Of a stretch of DNA of 64,000 nt, positions 31,305-41,825 are shown in pieces. The notes beneath the pieces were generated by a model, which made no database searches, was not told the DNA's origin, and saw only the letters and a program-made list of their open reading frames with translations. The stretch covers positions 232,766 to 296,765 of the forward strand of contig CAWJCT010000002.1 of NCBI GenBank assembly GCA_963841475.1. The letters are read 5' to 3'. The position numbers and the translations under genes were made by a program. Position 1 is the first letter of the stretch. Each line of letters starts with the position of its first letter. This stretch comes from an uncultured delta proteobacterium. Lineage in GTDB: Bacteria > Desulfobacterota > Desulfobaccia > Desulfobaccales > 0-14-0-80-60-11.

Positions 31305-33118
31305 ACTGGTCCGACGCACATATATCTGACGTCCTGGTCATTGGGGCCGGCCTGGCCGGCGAACGTGTGGCCATCGAAGCCGCCATGGGCGGTCACCAGG
31401 TCACCATCCTCAGCCTGGTCCCGCCCCGCCGCTCCCACAGCACCGCCGCCCAGGGGGGCATGCAGGCGGCCCTCGGCAACGTAGCCCAGGGCTACGGCGA
31501 CAATCCCGACATCCACTTTGAAGATACGGTCAAAGGCTCCGACTGGGGCTGCGACCAGGAAGTGGCCCGGCTGTTCTGCGAACTGGCTCCCGTGGCCGTG
31601 CGCCAGCTTTCCCAGTGGGGCGTCCCCTGGTCCCGGGTAATCCCCGGCAAACGGACTCTGCCCGACGGCACCGAGATCGAAGACCTCCAGGAAAAGGCCG
31701 GCCTCATCGCTCAGCGTCAATTCGGCGGCACCGCCAAGTGGCGCACCTGCTTCGCCTCCGACGGCACCGGTCACGTCCTCCAGTACGCCATGGATTCCGT
31801 GGTCGTGAAGCTCGGGGTGACAGTGCATGATCGTTGCGAGGCCATTAGCCTGATCCACAACGGCGAGACCTGCTTCGGCGCCGTGACCATGGATCTGCGC
31901 ACCGGCGAGATTCGCCCCTACCTGGCCAAGGCCACGGTCATCGCTACCGGCGGCTACGGCCGCATCTACGGCACCTCCACCAACGCCGTCATCAATGAAG
32001 GCACCGGCATGGCCATCGCCCAGGACACCGGCCTCGTGCCCCTGGGCAACATGGAGGCGGTGCAGTTCCATCCCACCGGCATCGTGCCCGCCAATATCCT
32101 GGTGACCGAAGGCTGCCGGGGCGACGGCGGCATCCTCCTGGACAAAAACCTCCACCGTTTCATGCCCGATTACGAGCCGGTGAAAAAGGAAATCGCCTCC
32201 CGGGACGTGGTCAGCCGCTGGATGCTGCACCACATCCGCCAGGGCTTCGGGGTGGACAGCCCCTACGGCCCCCACCTCTGGCTGGACATCCGCCACCTGG
32301 GCCCCGAGCACATCTGCACCAACCTCCGGGAAGTCCACACCATTTGCCAGAATTTCCTGGGCATCGACTGCGTGGAAGCCCTCATACCGGTCCGGCCCAC
32401 CCAGCACTACTCCATGGGCGGGGTGCGCACCAACAAACATGGCGAGGTTTACGGCCTCAAAGCCCTCTTTGCCGCCGGCGAAGCCGCCTGCTGGGACCTC
32501 CACGGCTTCAACCGCCTGGGGGGCAACTCCCTGGCCGAAACCATCGTCGCCGGCATGGCGGTGGGAGAGCGGGTCGCCGCTTTTGTCAAGGAACAGCCCC
32601 TGATCTTCCCCTTCTTCCTGGTGGAAGATGCCATGGCCGCCCAGGCCCAGCGCCTGGCCGACCTCCGCAGCCGCAAGAACGGCACCGAAGACGCCTTCGC
32701 CCTGCGCCACCAGATGGAAGATACCCTCCTCAATAACGTGGGCATCTTCCGCACCGCCGGGGCCCTCCAGGAGGCCGTGACCACCCTCCAGGGCCTCTAT
32801 GCGCGAGCCCAGCAGGTCCGGCTGCGCTCCAGCGGTCTGGGGCCCAACCCGGAACTGCTGGCCGCCCTGCGCCTCCCTGGCATGCTGCGTCTAGCCCTGT
32901 GCATCTCCTACGGCGCCTTGCAGCGCACCGAATCCCGGGGCAGCCACTACCGGGAGGACTTCCCCCGCCGGGACGACGACAACTGGCTGAAACGCACCCT
33001 GGCCTTCTGGAAACCCGGCGCCGCCATGCCCGAACTCCAGTACGAGCCGGTGAATATCACCGAACTGCCGCCAGGCTCCCGGGGCTACGGCGAAATGCCC
33101 ATCGAAAAGGGCGATTAG
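31301..33118 (+). CDS. sdhA: Succinate dehydrogenase/fumarate reductase flavoprotein subunit
   Basis: VLVIGAGLAGERVA, RSHSTAAQGG (covalent-FAD His), HPTG, GEAACWDLHGFNRLGGNSL, ESRGSHYRED. Intact. Confidence 0.92.
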   Translation: MNWSDAHISDVLVIGAGLAGERVAIEAAMGGHQVTILSLVPPRRSHSTAAQGGMQAALGNVAQGYGDNPDIHFEDTVKGSDWGCDQEVARLFCELAPVAVRQLSQWGVPWSRVIPGKRTLPDGTEIEDLQEKAGLIAQRQFGGTAKWRTCFASDGTGHVLQYAMDSVVVKLGVTVHDRCEAISLIHNGETCFGAVTMDLRTGEIRPYLAKATVIATGGYGRIYGTSTNAVINEGTGMAIAQDTGLVPLGNMEAVQFHPTGIVPANILVTEGCRGDGGILLDKNLHRFMPDYEPVKKEIASRDVVSRWMLHHIRQGFGVDSPYGPHLWLDIRHLGPEHICTNLREVHTICQNFLGIDCVEALIPVRPTQHYSMGGVRTNKHGEVYGLKALFAAGEAACWDLHGFNRLGGNSLAETIVAGMAVGERVAAFVKEQPLIFPFFLVEDAMAAQAQRLADLRSRKNGTEDAFALRHQMEDTLLNNVGIFRTAGALQEAVTTLQGLYARAQQVRLRSSGLGPNPELLAALRLPGMLRLALCISYGALQRTESRGSHYREDFPRRDDDNWLKRTLAFWKPGAAMPELQYEPVNITELPPGSRGYGEMPIEKGD

Positions 33119-33123
33119 TTAAT

Positions 33124-33200
33124 GTAGGGTGCGCCCGGCGCACCTGCTCATAAAATCGTTGTCATTCTGAGCCCGGCGCAGCATCTCCTGCGGCTCCGAG
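33124..33200. repeat. Intergenic repeat pair: GTAGGGTGCGCC/GGCGCACC hairpin plus a GTCATTCTGAG element
   Basis: Read directly. Lies just after the sdhA stop. Confidence 0.7.
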
Positions 33201-33215
33201 ATAATCAACCAGAGG

Positions 33216-33971
33216 ATGTCTAAAATGGCCGACCGACTCCTTACTTTTTCTGTTTTCCGGTACAACCCCACCACGCCTGAGATTCCTCCCCGGATGCAGG
33301 AGTATCAATTGGAGGAAACCATGGGCATGAGTCTCTTCATCGCCCTGAACCGCCTCCGGGAGGAGTTGGACCCCTCCCTGATGTTCGATTTTGTCTGCCG
33401 GGCGGCCATCTGCGGCTCCTGCGCCATGCTCATCAACGGCCGGCCGGGGTTGGCCTGCAAGACCCTCACCCAGGATATGCCCGACCGGATCACGGTCATG
33501 CCCCTGCCCGTCTTCAAACTGGTGGGCGACCTCTCCGTGGACACCGGCGTCTGGTTCCGCTATCTCAACGTGCGCACCGAGGCCTGGATTCACACCGACA
33601 AGGTCTTCAATCCCGCCTCCATCGAGGAGCGCATGGACAACCCCACCGCCCAGGCGATTTACGATGCCGAGCGCTGCATCGAGTGCGGCTGCTGCATCGG
33701 CGCCTGCGCCACCGCCAACATGCGGGCCGACTTCATGGGCGCCGCCTTCCTGAATCGTATCGCCCGCTTCATGATCGACCCCCGGGACGAGCGCCCCATG
33801 GCCAACTACTTCGACGTGGTGGGCACCGACGAAGGCGTCTTCGGCTGCATCGGCCTCATGGCCTGCGACGACCTCTGCCCCATGGAGATTCCCCTCCAGG
33901 GCCAGCTGGCCTTCGTCCGCCGCAAAATGGCCCAGATGGCCCTCAAGTGTGGGTGCAAGAAAGCACCTTAA
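33216..33971 (+). CDS. sdhB: Succinate dehydrogenase/fumarate reductase iron-sulfur subunit
   Basis: CRAAICGSCAMLINGRPGLAC, CIECGCCIGAC, CIGLMACDDLCP cluster motifs. Intact. Confidence 0.9.
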   Translation: MSKMADRLLTFSVFRYNPTTPEIPPRMQEYQLEETMGMSLFIALNRLREELDPSLMFDFVCRAAICGSCAMLINGRPGLACKTLTQDMPDRITVMPLPVFKLVGDLSVDTGVWFRYLNVRTEAWIHTDKVFNPASIEERMDNPTAQAIYDAERCIECGCCIGACATANMRADFMGAAFLNRIARFMIDPRDERPMANYFDVVGTDEGVFGCIGLMACDDLCPMEIPLQGQLAFVRRKMAQMALKCGCKKAP

Positions 33972-34029
33972 GCGCCCCGGCATCTTGCCCAAACTTCGAT
34001 TACCGGTAATTTATCTTTTGTAGGGGCGG

Positions 34030-34056
34030 ACCTGTGTGTCCGCCCTCAGGTTGGCG
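34030..34056. repeat. GTAGGGGCGGAC-ctgtgt-GTCCGCCC palindromic element
   Basis: Read directly; 3' of sdhB. Confidence 0.8.
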
Positions 34057-34136
34057 CCCACGCGGCCGCGTCTTTACAGACGGTGAGATTTTCTCGCTCC
34101 ACTGAGCGCAACTTGGTCTTAGGGCTTTAGACCCTC

Positions 34137-34460
34137 ATGTTTGACGGCCTCAACTACATTACCCTCTATTGGTTATCCGGATTCGGTGAGCCGAAATATG
34201 AAATCTGGGAGGCCAAGAAGGCCACCATCGCCCGGACCCCCACTTCCCTGGGCTTCAGCCTCTATCTCGCCTGGCCCCTGGAAGTCGCCGACGAAGCCCA
34301 CGTCGAGATCCGGAAAAAAGATGCCACTTTAGTAATGGAAACCGATTGGTTCCCCGACGAGGAGTTCGAGCTGCACACCTACTTTTCTGAAGATCACCAG
34401 GAAATCTTTTTGAAGGGCACCTTTGAGCGGGAGAATATCTTCATCCATTTTCATGCTTAG
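34137..34460 (+). CDS. Hypothetical protein (107 aa)
   Basis: Intact ORF with normal composition. No homology recognised. Confidence 0.45.
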   Translation: MFDGLNYITLYWLSGFGEPKYEIWEAKKATIARTPTSLGFSLYLAWPLEVADEAHVEIRKKDATLVMETDWFPDEEFELHTYFSEDHQEIFLKGTFERENIFIHFHA

Positions 34461-34598
34461 CCGGCTGCTGCGAGACCGGCCCCAGGGCCATCGATCCCGC
34501 CGCCGGACAGTTCAGTGCCACTAATCCCGGCCCCCATTTGGGGGCTTTCCCCTTTGGTGAACATATGGTACGTAACTATAAAATACACCTGATACATC

Positions 34599-35657
34599 GT
34601 GCCCCCTGACAGACCCATGAACTCTCCCCAAAACCCTAATCTCAGAAATCATCTCCTGGCCATCTCCGCCTCCCTGCTCATCGGCGCGGGCCTGATGGCC
34701 ATCAAATTCCTTGCCTTCTATCTCACCGGCTCCGCCGCCATCCTCTCGGATGCCCTGGAATCCATCATCAACGTGGTGGCTGCCGGCTTTGCCATGGGCA
34801 CCATCATCATCGCCGCCAAGAGCCCCGACCCCGATCACCCTTACGGCCACGGCAAGGTCGAATATTTCTCCGCCGGCTTTGAAGGGGCCCTCATCGTGCT
34901 GGCGGCCTTCGGCATCTTCTACGAAGCCTGGCCCCGCCTTCTCCACCCCCAGGCTATCCCCACGCTGGAAAAGGGCATCCTCCTCATCCTGGGCACCGCC
35001 CTGGTGAACCTTCTCCTGGGCCTGGTCCTGGTGATGCTGGGCCGGCGCACCAAATCCATTGTCCTCATCGCCGACGGCAAGCACGTCCTCACCGATGTCT
35101 TCACCACCGTCGGGGTCGTCCTGGGCCTGGTGGGCGTGTATTTCACCGGTTGGAACTGGCTGGACGGCGCCGTTGCCATCCTGGTGGGCCTCAATATCCT
35201 CGTCACCGGGGCCCGGCTGGTCCACCAGGCCGCCGCCGGCCTCATGGACAAATCCGACCCCGAGCTCCTGGAAGAGATCTGCCGGGTCATTGCCGATAAC
35301 CGCCGGGATATGTGGATCGACATTCATCAACTCCGGGCCCGTCGGGCCGGCACCCGCGTCTTCATCGACTTCCATCTCATCCTGCCCCGGGACCTCTCCC
35401 TGGAAGCCAGTCACGCCGAGGTCAAACAACTGGAAGACATCCTCAACGATTATTTTAAGGGGCAGGCGGATATCCTCATCCATGCCGACCCCTGCATGGA
35501 ACCGGAGTGCCCCATCTGCGGCCGCGAGTCCTGCGAGCATCGCCTCGCCGCCACGAAAATGCAGCGCCTCTGGCGCACGGACACCCTCACCTGCGATGGC
35601 CCCCATAAACCTCCGGACCAATCCGATGAGGCAGATAAAGGACCTGCGCAGGAATAA
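34599..35657 (+). CDS. Cation diffusion facilitator (CDF) family metal efflux transporter
   Basis: Six TM segments with SAAILSDALESIINV and HVLTDV motifs, plus a cytoplasmic C-terminal domain (IDFHLILP). Intact. Confidence 0.85.
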   Translation: MPPDRPMNSPQNPNLRNHLLAISASLLIGAGLMAIKFLAFYLTGSAAILSDALESIINVVAAGFAMGTIIIAAKSPDPDHPYGHGKVEYFSAGFEGALIVLAAFGIFYEAWPRLLHPQAIPTLEKGILLILGTALVNLLLGLVLVMLGRRTKSIVLIADGKHVLTDVFTTVGVVLGLVGVYFTGWNWLDGAVAILVGLNILVTGARLVHQAAAGLMDKSDPELLEEICRVIADNRRDMWIDIHQLRARRAGTRVFIDFHLILPRDLSLEASHAEVKQLEDILNDYFKGQADILIHADPCMEPECPICGRESCEHRLAATKMQRLWRTDTLTCDGPHKPPDQSDEADKGPAQE

Positions 35658-35686
35658 ATTGCCGGGGCGTGATTTGCCTTACCAGC

Positions 35687-35750
35687 GTAGGGGCGCACCT
35701 GTGTGTGCGCCCTGGGCCCCTCAGTCTTCGTAGGGTGCGCACCGCGCCCC
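35687..35750. repeat. Two adjacent GTAGGGGCG-family palindromes
   Basis: GTAGGGGCGCAC-ctgtgt-GTGCGCCC (35687-35712) and GTAGGGTGCGCACCGCGCCCC (35730-35750). Confidence 0.8.
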
Positions 35751-35799
35751 AAGAATTATTGAACTGTCTTTCTCATCGCAGCCATTCAAAGGAAACCGC

Positions 35800-37558
35800 A
35801 TGGAACCTCATAAACGCGTCGTCATCATCGGGGCCGTGGCCCTGGGTCCCAAGGTGGCCTGCCGCCTGAAACGGCTCCGCCCCGACTTCGAAGTCACCAT
35901 GGTGGATCAGGGCGAGTACATCTCCTACGGCGGTTGCGGCATTCCCTACTATATCTCCGGGGATCTAAGCGACATCAAAGAGTTGATGAGCACCAGCTTC
36001 CATATGCTCCGGACCCCGGAATTTTTTGAAGCCGCCAAAGACGTCCGGGTCCGAATCCGCACCCGGGCCCTGGCCATCGACCGCCAGACCAAACAGGTGC
36101 GGGTCCGTGATTTGGCATCCGGCCGGGAGGAAGACCTCCCCTATGACGAACTGGTCCTGGCCACCGGCAGCCGCCCCCGCTCTCTGCCGTGCCCGGCGCC
36201 GACCTCCCCGGGGTCATGAACGTCTGCCGGCCTCCCCGCCGCCATGGCGGTCCGGGAAAAGATCGCCAAAGGCGAAGTGGGCCGCGCCGTCATCATCGGC
36301 GCCGGCGCCATCGGGGTCGAGATGGCCGAGGCCATGAGCGACCTCTGGGGCCTGGAGACCGCCCTGGTGGAGATCGCCCCCCAGGTCCTCCCCGGCGTCC
36401 TGGAGCCCGGCCTGGCCCGCATGGTCGCAAAAACATCTCCGGGACAAAGGCGTCGACCTCCACCTGGAGGCATCCGTCCGGGAAATCCGGCCCCACGCCG
36501 GCGGACGATGCACGCCCTGGAAGTAGTCACCGAACAAGACCGATCCTCCCGGCCGACCTGGTCATCATCGCGGTGGGCGCGGTGCCCAATACTGAGTTGG
36601 CCCGGCAGGCCGGCCTCTTGGTCTCCGCCGAGGGCGGCATCGTGGTCAACCGGCGCCTCCAAACCTCCGACCCCGATATTTACGCCGGCGGTGACTGCAT
36701 CGACAACTACCACCTCATCACCGGCAAATCCGTCTATTTCCCTTCCGGGTCCCTGGCCAACCGTCAGGGGCGGGTCATCGGCACCAATCTGGCCGGGGGC
36801 TCCGCCACCTTTAACGGCATCGTCGGCTCCTTTACGTTAAAGACCTTTGACCTGGCCGTCGCCGGCACCGGCCTGAATCTCGCCACGGCCGGCCGGGCAG
36901 GACTTTGACGCGGTGGGGGCCCTGGTGATCCAGGCCGACCGGGCCCATTTCTACCCCACCCAGGACCTCATGTACCTGCACCTGGTGGTGGATCGAAAAA
37001 CCCGGCGCCTCCTGGGGGCCCAGGGCATCAGCCACAACGGCGACGCCCTGGTGGGCCGCATCAACAGCATCGCCGCGCTCCTGCCCTTCAAGGCCGACCT
37101 CTGCCGACCTCTCCAACCTGGAGGTGGCCTACGCCCCGCCCTTCGCCGCCGCCCTGGACATCGTCAACGCCGTGGCCAACACCCTGGAAAATATCCTGGA
37201 CGGCTACAACCGCACCATCGAGGTCGACGAGTTCGAGCAATGCTTCTTGACCGATAAGGCCGGCGACACCATCTGCCTGGATGTCCGGGGCGCGGCCAAC
37301 GCCGCCCCCTACGTCGACCTCTTCGGGGACCGCTGGGTCAACATCCCCCAGGAGACCCTAAACCGCCGCTTCTCCGAAATCCCCCCGGACAAACGCCTCC
37401 TGGTGGTCTGCAACTCCGGCGTCCGCTCCTATGAGGCCCTGCGCCAGCTCGAAACCGCCGGCCTCTGCAATGCCGTCAACCTCCAGGGCGGCATCGCCGC
37501 CCTCAAAAAATCCGGGGCCTTGGACCTGAAAGATTCGGAAGAACCAGTCAAAGAGTAA
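35800..37558 (+). CDS. CoA-disulfide reductase/NADH-oxidase-type flavoprotein fused to a rhodanese domain (about 5 frameshifts)
   Basis: RVVIIGAVALGPK, YISYGGCGIPY (redox Cys), IIGAGAIGVEMAEA, IYAGGDC. C-terminal rhodanese LLVVCNSGVRSYEA. Confidence 0.75.
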
Positions 37559-37636
37559 TTTATACGAGGAAAACCCTGAAAGAGAATGGGGTGCTGCAGT
37601 CAAAAACCAGGTTACGAGCTCTGTAAAAAGCCTTTT

Positions 37637-37718
37637 TGTCATCCCGAGTGGAGCGAAGGATCTCGTATTTTCCGGTAGCTACGAAATTCTTCGGTCGCGC
37701 CGCTCCCTCAGAATGACA
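37637..37718. repeat. Inverted-repeat element TGTCATCCCGAG...CTCAGAATGACA
   Basis: Read directly. Confidence 0.75.
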
Positions 37719-37775
37719 GGTTAAGGAACTTTGACAGAGGTCTCAGTTTGCGCTCATCCAGCTTATTGATCATTT

Positions 37776-37801
37776 GTAGGGGCCGACCTGCGTGTCCGCC
37801 C
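37776..37801. repeat. GTAGGGGCCGAC-ctgcgt-GTCCGCCC palindromic element
   Basis: Read directly. Confidence 0.8.
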
Positions 37802-37893
37802 TCTGGCTGGGCGCAGGCGCAGGGACTCCCCCCATCCGGGAATCTTATTACTCCTCCGAACGCAACTTGATCCGAGGATCGAACTTTGGAGGC

Positions 37894-39062
37894 TCAAGCC
37901 GCGCGCAGGGCCTCCAACAGCGGCAGACGGGCCGCTTTGAGGGAGGGCAGAAAGCCCCCCACCAGGCCCATGCCCACGCCGAAGAGCAGGCTTTTGACTA
38001 TGATCCCCGGGGTCAGGGCGAACTTGAAGGTGAGTCTCGGCGAAGCTCGACCAGTTGATGGTGGAGAGGGTAAAGAAGTTCAACAGCGCCGCCGGCACCA
38101 GGCCCAGGAGCCAGCCCAGGAACCCCAGGAACATGGACTCCAGCAGGAAGGCGGCCAGGATGTGATGCCGCTTGAACCCCAGGGCCCGCAAGGTGCCGAT
38201 CTCGGCGATCCGGGCCCCCACCTGGGCGTACATGGTGACCATGGCCCCTAAGATGGCCCCCAGGCCGAAGATGCCGGTGAGCACCAGCCCCAGCACCCGG
38301 ATGAAGGTGGCCAGCCGCCGTGACTGGTTTTCATAGAATTCCACTTCCCGGAGCACCTGCACCGGCAGGCGGGGGTCGTTCTCCAGGCGGGCCTTGAGCG
38401 CGTCGAAGGCCGCGGGGTCCCGGAGACGCAGGATCACCGACGAAAACGCCGTGCGCCGAAACGCCGCCAGCAGCGTCTCCACGTCCCCCCAGAGCTCCGA
38501 AGCTAAAGCCGGTGTTGCCCGCGTCCATGACGCCTACCACCCGCCAGCTGCCGCATGGCGAAGCGCAGGGTCTCCCCCAGCCCGGCCCCCTGAAAGCGCC
38601 GGGCGATCTGGGCCCCCGCCACGATCTCGGTGGAACCGGGCGAAGAAACGCCCGGCGCCGAGGTGCACCTCCCGGCGCAGCTCCGGCGACACCGGCTGCA
38701 CCCCCCGGATGATGACGTTCCCCGGCATGCCGCTGCCCCGCTTGGGCAGGTTGATGAGCACGATGGCCTCGTCCGCCACCAGGCGCCGGCCCTCCTTATC
38801 CAGGGCCACTTCGGGCTGGGCGCGCGATGATCCCGGCCTGGGTGCGGTCGATGGCGCTCTGCACCTCGGATTCGGACCCGGCCCGGAGCACCACCACGTT
38901 GTCAAAAGACCCGGTGGCCACCAGGGTGCGGCGCAGCCCCTCGGAAAGCATGAGCACCGCGGCAAAGACAAAGACCACCAAGGCCATGCCCGCCGCGGTG
39001 AAAAACGTCGTCAGCCGCCGGGCCAGGAGATTGCGATAGCTGTAGGAGATGGGTATGGGCAT
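37894..39062 (-). CDS. ABC transporter permease, FtsX/MacB type (permease 1; about 4 frameshifts)
   Basis: MPIPISYSYRNLLARRLTTFFTAAGMALVVF..., C-terminal FtsX module EIGTLRALGFKRHHIL...LPSLKAARLPLLEALRAA. Confidence 0.7.
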
Positions 39063-39160
39063 GTTTATTAGTCAGTTGCCAGCTTTGGGTGACACCGGCA
39101 TCCATTTATAGCAAATAGCAAAAGTTTTTTCTGCTTCGATCTCTTTTCATAGCCTCTGCT

Positions 39161-39232
39161 TGTCATTCTGAGGGAGCAAAGCGACTGAAGAATCTCAAAA
39201 AAGCGAGATTCTTCGCTGCGCTCAGAATGACA
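39161..39232. repeat. Inverted-repeat element TGTCATTCTGAGGGAGC...GCGCTCAGAATGACA
   Basis: Read directly. Confidence 0.8.
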
Positions 39233-39332
39233 AATATACCTTAATTCATCCCATAATAATTTTTGGCGACAGCTCTAGGGAGGCCGCTCAGTACCTAGGC
39301 CGGGAAAGCGCAGCCCATCCCGCCTTTGTAGC

Positions 39333-40487
39333 TTACCCCACCTTCCTCAGCGCCGCGGCAATCTGCACCCTCGAGGCCTGCCAGGCCGGGATGATCCCGG
39401 CCAGGACCCCTACCCCCAGGGAGACCGCCAGGCCCAGGGCCATGGTCGGCCGGCTCACGACCAGGGCGGGGAAATATTGGGTCACTTCCGGGGGAAAGAG
39501 TTTCACCGCCGGGAAGCTCAAAGCCAGACCCAGCAGGCCCCCCACGAGGGATAGGATGAGGGACTCCCCCATGATGAGGCCGGCCAGGTGCCGGGCCTTG
39601 AACCCCATGGTCTTGAGCGCCGCATACTCCCCCAGGCGTTCCCGGGCGTTCATGGCCATGGTGTTGGCCAGGACCCCAAGGATCACCCCGATGACCAGCC
39701 AGGAGACCACCTGGATGGCCAGGAGGATGGCGGACATCATCTCCACGAAACTCATATTGAAGGCGGCCTCGGTCTCGGTCAGGGTTTCGGCCAGGGAGTT
39801 TTTGAAGGCGGCGTCGATGGTCGGCCGGACACCGTCGCCGCCAGGTCCGGCCGGGCCACCTGGACCAGGAACCAGCCCACCTTGTCGGCCAGGTCCGGGG
39901 CGATTTTTTTCAGGGTCTCATTGAGATAATCCCAGTGAAAAAACAGCAGGGTCTCGTCGGTGTTGGGGATTGCGGCCGGTATAGATGGCCCGGAGCACCA
40001 GGCGGTATTCCCCGGGGAAATAGGTGCCCTTGAGGACGATGGCATCACCGACGCGCCAGCCGTAGCGGGCGGCCAGCTTGCGCCCGGCCACGGCGCCGCG
40101 GCGGTCTTGTATGAGGGCCAGTTTCTGGTCCTCGGGGATGAGATACTCCGGGTAGGCGTCCAGGTAGCCGGGCAGCGAGGCGGCGAACTGGGGAAAAAAG
40201 TTCTTCTTGTCGATATAGATGCCCTCGAACCAGTAGGCGTAGGCCACCCGTTCGATGCCGGGCACGGCCTGGATCCTGGGAAGATAGGCCAGGGGCAGGG
40301 GGAACATGAGGGAGACGGCGTTCCGGGTCACCAGGCGCACCGGCGAGGAGAGCTCCACGCCGGCGTACCAGGCGGCCACCACGGTGCGCAGAAGACAAAA
40401 GGCCAGCACCGCCACGGCCAGCCCGCAGATGGTGAGCGCGGCCCGCAACGGGTGCCGGATGGTATTGCGCCAGGTAAGTTTGAGCAT
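39333..40487 (-). CDS. ABC transporter permease, FtsX type (permease 2; about 2 frameshifts)
   Basis: MLKLTWRNTIRHPLRAALT...; EYAALKTMGFKARHLAGLI; IIPAWQASRVQIAAALRKVG. Confidence 0.75.
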
Positions 40488-40506
40488 GGTTTTTGGTTGA
40501 ATTACC

Positions 40507-40611
40507 CTTGAGGGGAGGACCGGGGAAAGTCAATTCCCCCGCCCTCCCCTCAAACTCCCCTCCCAACCCCCTCTAAGGGCTCGGGGATGAGGGTTTGGGG
40601 GAAGGGGGAGG
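40507..40611. repeat. G/C-rich nested palindromes (CTTGAGGGGAGG..CCTCCCCTCAA; CTCCCCTCCCAACCCCCTC..GGGGGAAGGGGGAGG)
   Basis: Read directly. Lies between permeases 2 and 3. Confidence 0.7.
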
Positions 40612-40616
40612 GCTAC

Positions 40617-41806
40617 TTACGAAAAAGCCCCTGGCGCCTTCTCCCAAGTTACCCCACTTTCCTCAACGCCTCGGCGATGCTCACCCGGCTGGCCCGCCAG
40701 GCCGGCAGCAGCGCGGCCAGGAGGCCCACCCCCAGGGCCACGGCCAGCCCCAGGATCAGGGTGGCCCGGGTGAGGGGAAAGACCCGGAAATACTGGCCCA
40801 GTGGCGACTTTAAAGAAATGCACCGCCGGGAAGGTCAGGGCCTCTCCCACCAGGCCCCCGGCCAGGGCCAGGAGCAGGGATTCCCCGAAGATGAGGCCGG
40901 CCAGGTGCCGGGCCTTGAAGCCCATGGTCTTGAGGACGGCATATTCCCCCTGGCGCTCCCGGGCGCTCATGGCCATGGTGTTGGCCAGCACCACCAGGAT
41001 CACGCCGATGACCACCCAGGACACCACCTGGATGGCCAGGAGAATGGCTTCGGTCATGGAGACAAAGCCCAGGGCGAAGGCCTGTTCCGTTTCCGTCAGG
41101 GTCTCGGCCAGGCTGTTTTTGAACAGGCCGTCCACCTGGGCCGCCACCCGGGGGGCCAGGTCCGGGCGGGCCACTTTGATGAGGATACCACCCCACGTTA
41201 TCGGCCCGGCTGGAACCGCTCTTCTTCAAAGTCTCATTCAGGTAATCCCAATGGAAAAAGAACCGGGATTCGTCGGTGTTGGGTTCGGCCCCGGTATAAA
41301 TGGCCCGGATGATGAACTGCCACTCGCCCGGATAAATGGTGCCTTTGAGGACGATGGGGTCCCCCACCTTCCAGCCGTACCGGGTCGCCAGGGCTCGGCC
41401 CACCGCGGCGCCGCGGCGGTCCTGAAAAAAGGCCAGCTTCTGGTCCTCGGGCATGACGATACTCGGGATAGATGGGGAAGTAGCGGCGGACGTCCACGGC
41501 AAACGTGCGGGAAGAAGTGGCGCTCGTCGATGTAGATGCCGCCGAACCAGTTGCCGTAAGCCACCCCGGCGATGCCCGGGAATGGCCTGGATCTTGGGCA
41601 GATAGGCAATGGGCAGGGGAAAGATCAGGGAGATGGCGTTCCGGGTCACCAGGCGGGTCGGGGAGGCGGCGTTCACCCCGGAATACCAGGCCGCCACCAC
41701 GGTGCGGAGCAGCGCAAAGGCCAGCACCGCCACCGCCATGCCGCAGGATGGTGAGCGCGGCCCGCAGCGGGTGCCGGACGGTATTGCGCCAGGTGAGTTT
41801 GAGCAC
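40617..41806 (-). CDS. ABC transporter permease, FtsX type (permease 3, close paralogue of permease 2; about 4 frameshifts; GTG start)
   Basis: MLKLTWRNTVRHPLRAALT...; EYAVLKTMGFKARHLAGLI. Long stretches are nearly identical to 39333-40487 at the nucleotide level. Confidence 0.75.
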
Positions 41807-41825
41807 AGTTGCCAGTTCCCGGTGG

